A stretch of DNA of 64,000 bases from Lepidodermella squamata (lineage: Eukaryota; Animalia; Gastrotricha). The stretch lies in contig JBLDXI010000017.1 of NCBI GenBank assembly GCA_047495785.1, positions 434,001-498,000 on the forward strand, given 5' to 3'. Position numbers and translations under genes: made by a program. Every line of letters begins with the position of its first letter. The first letter of the stretch is position 1. A model generated the notes under the pieces. The model was not told the origin of the DNA. It saw only the letters and a list, made by a program, of their open reading frames with translations, and searched no databases. This document shows positions 13,901-26,502 of this stretch, in pieces.

Positions 13901-16179
13901 GTACACTCGCCGTTGGCTTGTCGAGTTTGTTCAGGTAGCAAATTATCGGCATTTTGTAGGATTTCGCTCGTTGAGTTACGCTCAGAGTTTGAGCTTCCAC
14001 GCCTAAAAACATGAATTAAATTAGAAATTTCATAGGCAACTCGAATGCATCCAATCGAGGACCGAAGTCCACAATTAAAAATTAGATTCCTTTTCTTTTA
14101 AATTTTCTCATTTTCCCCCATTGGATCCGATGATCATCTATCATCGGAAGATATGTCGAAGCTAGTCGAGGCAAAGGACCATGGAGGGCTTCACTACCAA
14201 ACTCCCTAAGCCTTTGCAGAATTCGCCAATTTTTAAAACAAATTCAAAAGGGTTAGCTAAGGAGTGAGGAGTGAGCATGGCTCGCGGAAAAATACCTAAG
14301 CATTAGCTCGATTGAGGTATATCCCAACCTATTAGCTTCCTTAAAGTTTGCAGTGAAAATTATTCGAATTTTTTGACAATTTTTCCCGAGGGAAAGTAAT
14401 GGAAATAATTCGAAAAATTGACATCTTGAATTTTAAATTCGATACTGCTAGATGGCGGATGAAAATAGACGAAGGTGTGGTCATATTTTAGGCAGAATTG
14501 CCTCATATTAATATTAGACCAAAATTTGATAGAATTGGGGCTGCTGACGTTTCAACACTCGAACACGCGCAGAATCACAGGAGAGAACCAAGAGAAATGA
14601 CTGGAACTTATCGATTTTTTCAGATTTTTTTTAATTTTCAGGTATTTATCCGAACTTCAATACGGATTATAGGGTGATTCGAAACTGACACAGTGACACG
14701 ACTCGTTCATTTTAGGAGGATTTTGGCAACATTTAAGAATTGTTATAATTGCGAAATCGATCATTTCTATTTACCAGGACCGAAGAATCGTAAAGATCCC
14801 AGGCCAGCTAACGATGCGACCGCGAAGTTAATGAAATTGCGGTTGCCTGATACTGCAAAACTTGAGATTTAAACCGCCCTGTAGTGCCTTGTAAATATCG
14901 CCCTTAAAAATTGCTCACGAAAATTTGAAGCGAGTAGAGGAGCCATGATCACTAGCTGATATATTTGATTAATAAATAAGGGATTGTTAAAAAAAACTTT
15001 ACGGGCAATCGAACCACCTTCAAACCGCTTATCGATTTCTTGCGGAGCAAGGTTTAATAACCAAACGATCGAAGAAATACGAGAAAACACGACATACGAC
15101 GCGCGATAATTCGAAATAAGAAATACGAAAAAATTGAAAAAGCCCTCCTATAATTTAAGACCTCGCCGTAACAAAGTTCTTGAAAACAAAGTTTTAAAGA
15201 TATTTGCACGGACTTGCCACGCGCTGAATGTCCTTGAGGCATGATTGGGTCAGAATCTTTTCAACATCTTGCACGGAATTTTCTCTCAGGGGTGGTAACG
15301 ATTGGGTGCGAATATGAAATTCGACAAAAACTAGACCAAACAGTGTCCGACCTAAGGCTAGATATTGACTCTTCAATTGCGGAGTAATCTGGGACCCGAA
15401 AAACTCGCAAATTAATATTCCGGCTATATGGGGGTTCACTTTACGGAAGTGCCAAGTAAATAGAAGCCCAGGAATTAACAATTCGTAATCAATTACCTGC
15501 AGATGCGTCAAGAATGACAACAGCACCATCGAGCACGAACAGAGATCGCTCGACCTCCACAGCGAAGTCAACATGTCCCGGCGTATCGATTAGATTAAGG
15601 TGAAAGGGCACTCCTTGTTTCCGCCATCTGAACGAAATCGCAGCAGCGCTGATAGTTATACCACGGTCTCGTTCTTCCTCCAGAAAATCCATCACGGTAT
15701 CGCCTCGATCAACGTTTCCAAGTTGGGGAATAGCTCCAGCATAGAATAGCATTCGCTCTGTAGTCGTGGTTTTCCCTATATTTCGGTGTTAAGTATAAAA
15801 AAATTCTATTATAATTTCTATGCAAGTCATTATCAAATAATCCAAGATTAGGAAGGCCGTTTGCCTCCATTAATGGCTCAAAGAGCATCTTTATTCCTTA
15901 CTAGAATGACAGTAATTTTTCGAATGAATCGCAAATCATGAGTTAATTCCAACTTAAAGCCTTTTGAGCCCAAGGAGAGACTGGGTGTGAATAATGTTTG
16001 TGAAATTGGGTCAATTTCTTGATAAAAGAAAGTTAAAAATTACCGGCATCGACATGGGCAATTATGCCAATATTTCGCGTAGTTTCTTGAGAAGCCAGGC
16101 CTCGATATGGCACAGAAAAATTGCGTAAATTTCGCTTCAACAAAGCTCTCTGGCAATGCCAGAGCAACAAATTCCTCAT
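7907..16179 (-). CDS. GFM2: Mitochondrial ribosome-releasing factor 2 / EF-G2mt. Exons 16179-16044, 15775-15497, 14002-13052, 12154-11678, 8881-8712, 8200-7907
   Basis: Arg-rich targeting peptide, then [12 protein letters not shown]|[73 protein letters not shown]. All introns GT-AG and in phase. Confidence 0.93.
9480..11143 (+). pseudogene. Degenerate zinc-finger coding remnant (SWIM-like and PHD-like), probably transposon-derived, antisense in GFM2 intron 4
   Basis: [16 protein letters not shown] at ~10060-10105; Lys-rich linker spliced (GT 10899, AG 10951) to [17 protein letters not shown] ending TGA 11143; AATAAA near 11376-11390. Frames are broken. Confidence 0.4.
9577..10012 (+). mobile_element. 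Non-autonomous pogo/Tc2-type (Tc1/mariner superfamily) deletion derivative in GFM2 intron 4
   Basis: TIRs CCGTATTTCATCGATTAATAGCC / GGCTATTATTTGATGAAATACGG, flanking TA on both sides, repeated subterminal CCTCGAATAATAGCC motifs, and an internal CENP-B-type HTH fragment [24 protein letters not shown]. Confidence 0.88.
12655..12690. repeat. 36-bp near-perfect palindrome in GFM2 intron 3
   Basis: CCATAGAGAACG-t-AGTGATCACT-t-CGTTCTCTATGG; one mismatched pair. Confidence 0.8.
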
Positions 16180-16237
16180 ATCACAGATTCACTTTAAAAA
16201 ATAAACTAAATCGAGGAAAAAATGGATCATTATTTTT

Positions 16238-18118
16238 TTATCTCGGCAATTGTTTCGCGTTTTCAATGTAACGCCTTGTCGATTTTTCGCCAATAAATTT
16301 ATCAGTACTCATCAATGTTATCGCAGTACAAACAGCGGTATCAAAAGCTGAGCGAAATGTCAGGTAACAATCATAAATTTTGAAAGAGACAGGTAAGATA
16401 ATAGAACTTTCAATACAAAAAGAGCGAGAATGAAGATCTTTGTTGAGAACGTCAATGAGATTAGAGTTAATCTTGAGACCACTTTCGGCTAGACATCGGC
16501 AAAACTCGACGAAGCCTCGAATTATTTGAGCTTTTGACAGCCCCAGTTCAGAACTATAATAGTCCAATTTATCACGAACCTAGAAATTAAAAAATGTTTA
16601 TGTTTATGGAAAATTACAAAATTCAGAAGACATGGCTAAAATACATGTTCGTAGATTCGATTAGCGAGCTGAATTTGCCACATTCCACCGCCTTTCAAGA
16701 CAATATTTTTGCTAGCCACGGTTAGTTTCAGACTACTCATTGCGCATTCACATAATGCCTGAAAGAATGCTTACAAATTTTAATTATTGCAAATTTAAGG
16801 TCTCACTTTCAAATCGAGAAGCAAATCTTCGATAGGAGACGAAACGAGAATTGTGTGAAAATCGCTAATCGACTTTTTAAGGTGGACCAGTTGTTTGCGA
16901 TTGCCGATAGAAATCGTCAAAAGATCTTCGAATGCGCCAATTTTTATCGAATCATTTCTCGCTTTACTGTTGGGAGACGGCCAAATGGAACCGGATATTC
17001 CTGAGGATTAAAAGTCCATGAATTTTTTTCAAAACGAAAAAGAAAATAGCAAACCGGTAAACGTTTGAATATACGTTATTTCCTCATCTCCGAGCCGGTC
17101 TAACAGCAAAATATTTCGTCTCGAGCATTCGAATATCAGCTCTTCATCAACATATTTTTGACAGAAAATAACCGCAATATCCTTCGATTTGAAGTCTGGT
17201 TAGAAATTCCAAATTTAATTAGGAATTAAATGAATTATTTTCACATTTACAGTCTGCTGTCGTGGCACAGTAACCCGCCTTGAAGGTGTCGAAAGACAAG
17301 CCATAATAACGAGTTTCATCTTCCAGCTTTCTTTTCCCCTCATTATCGACTGGGTTACCGAAAATTGGCGGCGAATCGCAAAATACTACGCATTTCAAAG
17401 AATTATTCGGCGTAGAATTTCTTCGATTTCCCCATGCCTCAATTCGATCTAGAACGTCTTCACCAAGGATGGATTTGATAACAAGACCTTTGACAACTGG
17501 TTCGTGGGAACTTGCGGTACAAATTGGCAGAATTTTACATATATTGGCCAGTATTCCGTCATCGCCGAGTGAAATTAGAAACACCCGGACGATAGCCACC
17601 GAAATTTGAAGTAATTCGCAATTTTCATGGTTGCAATTTCTGGAACACGCAATTTGCTTCGAGCCGATTATTGATATGACAAAATCGATCAGAGGTTTGC
17701 AAGAATCAAAATTAAGGTGATCGACAATTGTTGACGAATCGAAATTTTCCAGCGCGATTTTACGAAATAACGCCAATATCTTCGCAACAATTTGCGGATG
17801 CATTTCGAGTTTATTACAAGCTCGGATTAAAGAACCGAGAAGTTGAACCGAAAACGACCCTCCGTCATGAAATGCAGATAAATGATCAAGCAGCTGGCGC
17901 CGGATAAAAGCTTCGGGTAAAATGAGATTAACCAGCGTCACTCCAGGTGAGAAAGTTTCAACAGCTCGTAAAATTTCTTCAGATCGGCCTGAAGTGCAAA
18001 TTACAGCGCCGTGAACATTAACAACAATTTTCAATCGGTTTTTCGGGTAACTGCAAGAATCAAGGGCGAAACACATAGCCTCTAATGGGGCATTACTGAA
18101 ATTCACCAACGCGTCCAT
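16238..18118 (-). CDS. MKKS: McKusick-Kaufman/BBS6 chaperonin-like protein. Exons 18118-17251, 17195-17055, 17000-16807, 16758-~16644, 16579-16238
   Basis: SCSYPKNRLKIVVN, HLSAFHDGG, NFDSCKPLIDFVISIIGSKQIAC, VIFCQKYV..LLDRLG, KGGG and YDCYLTFRSAFDTAVCTA match recalled MKKS blocks (SCYGPSGRLKQLHN, HVSSFSDCG, LVLCQKVI..IDRIG). Confidence 0.85.
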
Positions 18119-18289
18119 TTTTAAATACCTAGGGTATGAAAATTACAATGAATTCATTTCATGCATCTTTCTTTAATCAATTAAAACAAAGAATAAGCGA
18201 ATAATCTTTGGCGATCAACAATTAGGTATATTATCAAATCAGATCACATTAAATAAAAAAGTCGACACACGAGAAAAATTATCAAATTT

Positions 18290-20011
18290 TCAAGGCTGAG
18301 AGGTTGTGGCTCGTCTCCGTTTGCTCGTTCGAGGTTCCGGGTTGTTTGTTGATGATTGTTGAGCGTTTTCGGCCGGTACTACCGGGCTAAGATGAGATTT
18401 AGTCGCCGAAGTTTGAGCTGTTAACTGCAGCTGAATTCCATCAGGTCTCAAACGATCGGCGAAAAGCAGATCTTTTATCGCTAGCATTTTCGCGCTTTGA
18501 AGTTGAACACAAGTTTCATTCTCTTCCGCGAACACGAATGAACTCATCTCAGATAAAAACTTCAAGGCATTCTGTTCAAGTTTCGATGCGTTCTTCACGC
18601 TGAAACCAGGTTTGTCTGATTTCTTCAGATCTTTAGAGCGATCGTATATTTTGGCGGTATTTCGAACCTTTGATGAAAATCGCGATAAAACAGCGAAAAT
18701 CGCCTTACTCCACACAATATGCAGCACAGGGAGCGGAGATCCTTCTTCCCACAAGCATAGCCCGTCGTATAATTTCAGCAGTAATGCGAATCCAAGAGGT
18801 TCGGTACAAACTTCGGCAACTTCCTCGCTATTGCCTTTGAACAGTGCCGGTAGCATTTCGACGCAAAATTCGTACATTTCTTTGTACACTTCTTCGTCCT
18901 CACGGGTATAACAATAAGATGCGAGTATATTGGTGGCTTCGGCCCAGCACCATATCGCCGATCGGAGGCATGAATTTCTCAACAAATAACCGCCGTAAAA
19001 TGTGTAGGGGTAGATATGTCGATTTCCGTAGTTACTCTTTGCAGAGGAAATTGCAGCCTTGTAAACCTCACGAACTTCATCTTCGGGCAGAGATAGCAAC
19101 TCCATTGAGTTAGCAAGATTACTAACGGCGAAGGGAATCTTGGTGAGAACCTCCTTCTCCAATAAAATTTTCAAAATTTTTTGTTGAATGGTCACTAGCT
19201 CAAAGCTATCGATTCCAACTTCAACAATAGGGTTAAGAGAATTGACGATAGCTGCCAGTTCTTGTTGTCGAGTTTTGCAACGAATAGGATTTCCATCGAG
19301 GTAAACCCAGGTTTTTAAACAAGCTTGCGATATCGCTGACCCTCGCCGCTCTTCGCCGGATTTATGATGCCATGTTACCTCCATAGTATCCCCTGCTTCG
19401 CCGAAAGATATCCAAGAATGATCCTCGGATAGACACAAGTGGACGTTATCGTAACCAAGCAATTGACAAGCAGCAACAACAGCCAATGTAACGCCCAATG
19501 CATCTAACTGCCCAGCTGAATAATTAAAAAAGTGATTATCCCAAACAGGTGAGAAATTTTCGAACTTACCACTTAGAAACGAGTACAATGAGTGGATGTG
19601 AGGCTTATCTCTGCTGTATTTTTGCGATAAGGAATTCCATACTGTATCCGCTAGGAGCTTCAATGTTTCCGGCAGGTTGTCATCTTTTGTAGCTGATTCG
19701 AAATTAGGAATTCCTTCATCGCGTAGAATTGTGAGAAATTTATCGAAGAGACTCTTTGAATGGGAATAATCCAGAGCCGGGAATACGCTGGAGATCTCTG
19801 AACCAATTTGAGAAGTTGCAGATTCGGATGTCGTTATTGGTGATGATTCGTGATTATTGCGCCTCTTAATTGTCAATGCATTTTCATAAAAGCCAAGGAC
19901 GATTGAAGCCAATGCCAGGCAAGGACTTTTCTGGTCCAATTCGAAGTTTATGTATCGCAGTAGAGAGTCAAGGCTATCTATTGGGAAGTAGGTTTCGCGG
20001 AGTTCAATCAT
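18290..20011 (-). CDS. MEN1: Menin; one 54-nt in-frame intron at 19569-19516
   Basis: FPIDSL..LALASIVLGFYE, ADTVWNSLSQKYSRDKPHIHSLYSF, VHLCLSEDHSWI, EVTWH, HIYPYTFYGGY, YTREDEEVYKE, YDGLCLWEEGSPLPVLHIVW, SAKMLAIKDLL, IQLQLTAQ and C-terminal KRRR. Confidence 0.97.
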   Translation of the reverse strand: MIELRETYFPIDSLDSLLRYINFELDQKSPCLALASIVLGFYENALTIKRRNNHESSPITTSESATSQIGSEISSVFPALDYSHSKSLFDKFLTILRDEGIPNFESATKDDNLPETLKLLADTVWNSLSQKYSRDKPHIHSLYSFLSGKFENFSPVWDNHFFNYSAGQLDALGVTLAVVAACQLLGYDNVHLCLSEDHSWISFGEAGDTMEVTWHHKSGEERRGSAISQACLKTWVYLDGNPIRCKTRQQELAAIVNSLNPIVEVGIDSFELVTIQQKILKILLEKEVLTKIPFAVSNLANSMELLSLPEDEVREVYKAAISSAKSNYGNRHIYPYTFYGGYLLRNSCLRSAIWCWAEATNILASYCYTREDEEVYKEMYEFCVEMLPALFKGNSEEVAEVCTEPLGFALLLKLYDGLCLWEEGSPLPVLHIVWSKAIFAVLSRFSSKVRNTAKIYDRSKDLKKSDKPGFSVKNASKLEQNALKFLSEMSSFVFAEENETCVQLQSAKMLAIKDLLFADRLRPDGIQLQLTAQTSATKSHLSPVVPAENAQQSSTNNPEPRTSKRRRATTSQP

Positions 20012-21438
20012 TGCAGGGACATATTTGCGTAAAACACGTCAATTAAAAAGCATCCGCAACCTTCATCTAAACAACGTAGAATACATGTAATGATATGCAA
20101 CAAAGACACAGAGAATTTGCAATGTTCCATTGCTGCGGCTGTGCAACCGCAGGAAAACATGAGTCTCTCTAAAGTACGTCACCGCCAACAGGGCTTAAAG
20201 CTTTAAACTAAAGAAGATAGCCCACGGTCAGTGGCTCTCCACTTTCCAACACACTTCTTTTGGCATCAACCTGAACGCCGGGTGCATCCCAAACCATGCC
20301 GAAGAAGGTCAGGCTTGGCGGCGGCAAATGAACTGATTTAAAAAAATAGCGCCAAATTTTTTGTTTGTTTTTTAGCAACAACTATGTAATTTGTTTTATA
20401 AGGAACTCTTATTTATCAAAAAATTAATTTGAAAATCAGACCTTAGTCACGCGGGGTTTTTCTGAATTTTTTCTGAAAACTACACCATCGATTTCGCGAA
20501 GAGGGAAGAAGTTGGCATCCACGGAGGCCAGAGGACTATTTTTCGGTCGATTTCGCAACGGTTACTTCGTGAACTTGTCCGCTACCGCTTCGAGATTTAT
20601 TGCTGGGTTTTTCTGACGAGATTAGCTAAAGAGATTCTCGCCATCACGGTGTTGGATACCGACATTTGCTCGCGCCCGATGTCGGCGCCTAGTTTAACTG
20701 TCCGAGACGTCGCACCCTGCAGCTCCTTTTGAGCCACGTTGCACTCTGTTATACGACCTCGAGCTCCGATTCGGCGACCTCTCGCGCCATTTCTTCCACC
20801 ATTGTGTGGTTAGGAGTGGCTCACCCTCCTGCGATGACCATTCCCGTCAGCTCATCCGCTTGGGAATCAAAGCTGTTATGTGAGCGACATCAAATTGATC
20901 ACCGATATCGGTAGATTAAAAACCACGTCAGAACGAAATTAGTCAGATTAAAAACAATGAACGACCAGAGCAACGCTAACAGAGTTTCAGGAAGACGTAT
21001 TGCCTCACTTAGTTAAGTTTGAAGTGGTTGCCATGTGGATTTATGGATGATCGTTAAGACCCCACAATCTGAGCCAATCTGGCGTGTTTCCGCACAGATT
21101 ACGTAAGCATTCTATATCCAAAAAACGCGTATCACATGATTAACCACAATTATATAAATTCAACGCCGTTTTTTCTCGCTCGAGGTTCGACCTAGCGTCT
21201 GCTCCTATCCTTCTTGACCATGTGCATATTAGCGAGTCGCACTGATCCTGCTTTCACATTTTGCTAATAATGTGATAGCGCGATCAATGGTCTTAGTTTG
21301 ATTAATCTTTGGATATTTCGCCTACAGCCATTGCTTCAAAGCAAAAGATGATTTCTTGTACCAATTATCGATATGTTATTATATTTTATTATCTATTAGC
21401 AATGCTTAATTAATCCTAAGTGTTAAATTTATTACATA
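20012..21438. promoter_or_regulatory. Putative bidirectional promoter region between divergent MEN1 and FBXO3 clusters
   Basis: Head-to-head gene arrangement only; no specific motif identified. Confidence 0.5.
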
Positions 21439-22891
21439 ATGTCTGCGGCAAATTTGGAGGAATTGCCGATTGATATCCTGGAGTGCATCTTTCAATGCTT
21501 GGACGGTGGATCATTTTGCAGATTGCTTCAAACATGCTCTCGGTTTTCTCAAATATGCTCTGATGAGAGGTTTTGGCAACACCGTTGTGTAAACGACTTC
21601 CATTTGCAATCCTTGAGCGAGAATGACACATCTTGGCGCGAAATGTACGGCCGATATTATCAGAAATTCTCCCGATTCGGAATTGAAACTTACAAACGCA
21701 TTCGTTCTGCGTGGTCGAAAATCGAGCTGTTCTTCAAAACGCACGGATCACGTATCACCTTTGACGATCCGGCTAGCTGGGATGATATCGAGAACCTGAA
21801 GCAACAGCTTGGTGCTAATGTTGAGCTGCCTAATGATTATGTTTGCAGCTTACTGATTCACAATGGCCAGCGGATCGATGAAAGTGTATTGAATGGTGCT
21901 TCATCAGGTTTGTAATCATTTGACTATTCTTTCATCAATTTGGACGGGCTTGTTTTTAGGAGCTTTCGGCAGTCTCTACGCCTACGAGGAGTATAAAACA
22001 GAATTCTTAGCCAGCGTTATGAATGTCTTGATTGCTCAAAATCACGCAGTTGTTGATCGACGCCACTCGGTTTTGCCATTTATTTGCTTAACGATCGCTG
22101 TCACTAATCGTTACTGGTCCAACTCGCACTTATTATGCGTAGCCCCACGTGATGCTGCTATACCTGAAGATCGTAAAATCCGACATGGAACTGTTGTTAG
22201 CGCCCCTCAACCTCGCCATCGCTTCGACAACCCAGCCTGGATTGTCGCGGCAAATTACACGGAATGGCTTGAGAATTTTGCTGATGCCTTGGATCAAAAC
22301 CGCTTTGCTCTGTCTTTAAATGAGCCAGTTACCGATGATAATGAGCTTCTGCGGTTTTTCAACGCCCCTGGCTGCGAGACTCGCACCGGGCCGTTTGTTT
22401 GCCGAGTAGCTACCGCCTTTATTCCGGAAAATTCTTCCCTGAATCCAGCGAGATTCTATTTTTCTTATCGTGTCACTATGATGATGGACGCTGATGCTGA
22501 TGCGAAATACAGCTGTCAACTTGAGAGTAGGCATTGGGTTATAACTGATGGCGATGGAAAAGTAGAACGTGTTGATGGTCCCGGAGTTATTGGGCAATTT
22601 CCAGTACTCAAGTAATTTGACGCGAAATTATTTGAAATCATGAGTATTTGTTGATTTGACAGGCCTGGCTCGTCGTTTTCCTATGTATCATGCACGTTTT
22701 TTCCTACTCGCACGGGCCGCATGAGTGGCCGTTTCAAAATGAAGTACCTCGAATCAAAATCTGCCAGTGAATTTGTCGAAATTGCTTGCCCTGAATTTGT
22801 CATGGAAGCTCCGGACTGCGAAAATCTGCACCACACAATCAATGCTAACCCAGTTCTAACTGATTCATTCGACCAGGACGTCGCAATCTAA
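21439..22891 (+). CDS. FBXO3: F-box only protein 3 (F-box, SMI1/KNR4, ApaG). Exons 21439-21907, 21960-22611, 22663-22891
   Basis: LEELPIDILECIFQCLD F-box; LPNDYVCSLLIHNGQ SMI1/KNR4; YFSYRVTM..SCQLESRHWVITD..VDGPGVIGQFPVLKPGSSFSYVSCT ApaG. Confidence 0.94.
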
Positions 22892-22982
22892 TTTAGAGTC
22901 CGTCTATTCTTTCTACTACTGCTTTTCTACTTCTTTAACATCGCTTCAAAAATTTGTTGTGATAAAAGTGTAAAATGTGTAA

Positions 22983-23945
<963 letters not shown>

Positions 23946-24045
23946 TAAATCTTTCGTTGTTTTTTTTACTTGTTCCAATAAAAAATGAAAAAAAACGTTT
24001 TAAAATAAATAAAAATATTTCTGGTTCAGTTTAGAATTTTTTAAG

Positions 24046-25193
24046 CTGGATTCAAAAGGTGACTCGACGCCTTCGGGCGATTCTGCGTCCTTACCAGGGC
24101 AAATTTTAGCCCTGATTCAGAAGCATGCGAAAGGAATAGCTGATGTACTGTTGCAGGAATTGTTGCCTGGAATCAGCGGTTCGGACAGAATTGAAGCGAT
24201 AAATAAGTTGTTACAAGAGGGAAAAATCGATCTACTCAAAGCTGGGACTCAGTTATTTTATAAAGTCAAAGAATCTTCATCCTCGTAAGTCTTTTTAACT
24301 CATTGATCTTCGATTTCTCTTACCGAAATATTCAAAAAATTGAAGTTTGACTTTTTAAAAAGTTTTAAGGAGGATTTTTTAAGCTAATTTTCTGTCAATT
24401 CTTTTAGAGACAAGCTCATTGGCGATAAGCAAGAGGGTCTCGTCTTTCAAATCATCAAAGATGCGGGTAACAAGGGTATCTGGGTGCGCGACATTCGGCT
24501 ACGCGCCAACCTGCCTCAGCCTCAAATAAACAAAATCCTTAAAAGCCTCGAATCGAAAAAACTCATCAAAGGCGTCAATTCAGTGGCGGCTTCGAAAAAG
24601 AAATTGTACATGCTAGCCGAGCTGACCCCGGATGTTTCAGTAACAGGCGGCACATGGTACTCGAACAACGACTTCGAATCAGAATTCGTCGACGTTTTAT
24701 CCGAACAATGCCTCGCGTTTTTGCAAAATAAAGGCCGTATAGCCGAGGAGCAATCGACGAATAACACAAACCCGGTCGCGCGTATCAACAAATCGTGGGC
24801 GACTGTTGGCGAGGTGCAGCGATATATCAGCGATTTGGGCATTTCGAAAGTTCAGCTGAGTGAAGTTGACGTTCAAATGGTGCTGCAAACACTGGTGTAT
24901 GACGGCAAGGCCGAGTGGCAGCCGAGCAACCCTGCGGCCAATAACAACCAGTCTGACCCGGCTGATCAGGTTGGTACTTCTGAACTTGGGCGGGTTTACC
25001 GGGCTATAATGAAGCCTGGCCAACCAGCCGCCTTAATTCGGCTACCATGCGGCGTTTGCCCAGTAAGTTTGATTTGAAATATCAAATTATTGGAATTTTT
25101 TGTGTATTTTTTCAGCTCATTCGCGAATGTATGGAAGGCCGAGCAATATCACCTCAAAACTGCGTATATCTAACAGACTGGCTCAAATTCTAG
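24046..25193 (+). CDS. POLR3F: RNA polymerase III subunit RPC6/RPC34. Exons 24046-24284, 24408-25062, 25116-25193; start codon uncertain (CTG)
   Basis: AINKLLQEGKIDLLK, IIKDAGNKGIWVRDIR, KILKSLESKKLIK, VTGGTWY, LGISKVQL, and C-terminal Fe-S motif PCGVCPLIRECMEGRAISPQNCVYLTDWL. Confidence 0.93.
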
Positions 25194-25574
25194 CTAGAAA
25201 TATACCTTATTTAGTAAAAAACGATAAAAGTATCTTATCTTACCAAATATTATTGAAAAACACCACCATCTTTAACGTAAACGAATGGCTGAAAAATTGT
25301 TAATGCAAACGAAAAAGAGTGAAGAACTATTATTTTGGGAAATTCAAACACGGGGACCTATGTACTGATCTCCCTTTTTTGAGGTTTGGAGTTGTACTGG
25401 AATGATAGCTCTTTCCTTTGTTCACGACTGCTGTTTTTCCTTCTCACAATGCCTAGTTTCTTTTTCTGGTGGTAAACAAATGCGATTATTTTTATGTGCT
25501 CAATTTACGGAAAGAGATCATTGTTGACCGGTATCTGAAATTTCATAATTTTGTTTAGTAATTTTTATTTGAAA

Positions 25575-26222
25575 ATGTCTTCAGCCGACGAAAGTGATGC
25601 AGGTGATCAGCGGATCGAGTCAGATGGCGAGGGCCCGACTGCGTTGGCCAAAGTTATGGCCAATATTCTAGCCTCATCTTCAGCCGCTAGAAAGGAGAAG
25701 AAAAAAGAGACTATTCTAACAAAAGCCACGTTAAGTAAACGCCTGAAACGGACTGAACTCGAGAAAGAATCACTGCGTTTAAAGCGGGAGGCGAAACACA
25801 GGCGTCACTTGGCTAAAATGGCGTGGGAAAGAATGGCTATGGCGAAGCCGTCCATCGGGGAGAAAGACCGGGAGAGGAACCTAGCGAAAACTGCCACGAA
25901 GGGTGTGGTTCAGCTTTTCAACGCTGTAGCAGCTCAACAAGACCGCCTGCGGACGAAATTATCGAACGAGGGTACTACTGACGTGAAACGAACTCGAATT
26001 GTCGACAGCCTCAGCCGGTCGTCTTTCATCGATTTGCTCAAAACTCAGGCCGGCGTGAAGCCAGAATCTGCGAAATCAGCCGTGAAAAAGGAGGCGAAAG
26101 TTGAGAAGCAACAGCCGCCGAAATGGCGGACCCTGCAGGACGATTTCGTGCTATCCGAGTACGCGTCTGGGCTACGTGCTGGTGGTGAAAGTGATTCGGA
26201 GGTGAAACCTGAACCTCGTTGA
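25575..26222 (+). CDS. RRP15: RRP15-like ribosome biogenesis protein, single exon
   Basis: DRERNLAKTATKGVVQLFNAV, SFIDLLK and KWRTLQDDF motifs. Confidence 0.9.
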   Translation: MSSADESDAGDQRIESDGEGPTALAKVMANILASSSAARKEKKKETILTKATLSKRLKRTELEKESLRLKREAKHRRHLAKMAWERMAMAKPSIGEKDRERNLAKTATKGVVQLFNAVAAQQDRLRTKLSNEGTTDVKRTRIVDSLSRSSFIDLLKTQAGVKPESAKSAVKKEAKVEKQQPPKWRTLQDDFVLSEYASGLRAGGESDSEVKPEPR

Positions 26223-26502
26223 TCTACGCGAATAAATAGTTTGCTTTAGAAAATCAAACCGAAAATTAAAAATAAATAATTGTTATGCTTGTTTTCACCA
26301 ATGTCTTTTTCGGCCAAAAATCATACCAAACTTGGGAAAAATTCGTCAAACTATTTTTTACTTCAAATTTTAAAATTTTTAGTTCACTGAAAAAAACAAA
26401 ACAACAAAAAAACAATTTATTTTAATAATAAAATGGAAAAAAGTTGAAATTATTCGAAATTTTGAGGTTATCCATCGAATTTCTGTTTAACTTTTGGTAA
26501 TA

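Noticed and set aside
19516-19569. Apparent insertion in menin, and similar in-frame stretches in copy C (43545-43598, 45159-45215) and copy E (50527-50577)
   Set aside because: These are GT-AG introns of length 3n without stops; removing them restores homology.
20220-20910. GC-richer coding-like sequence in the divergent promoter region
   Set aside because: Frames examined are interrupted by stops and no family motif was identified; possibly an old transposon fragment.
20086-21040. Possible RFX X-box for the ciliary gene MKKS
   Set aside because: Only half-site matches (GTTGCCAT near 21027; GTAATGATATGCAAC near 20087); does not fit the consensus.
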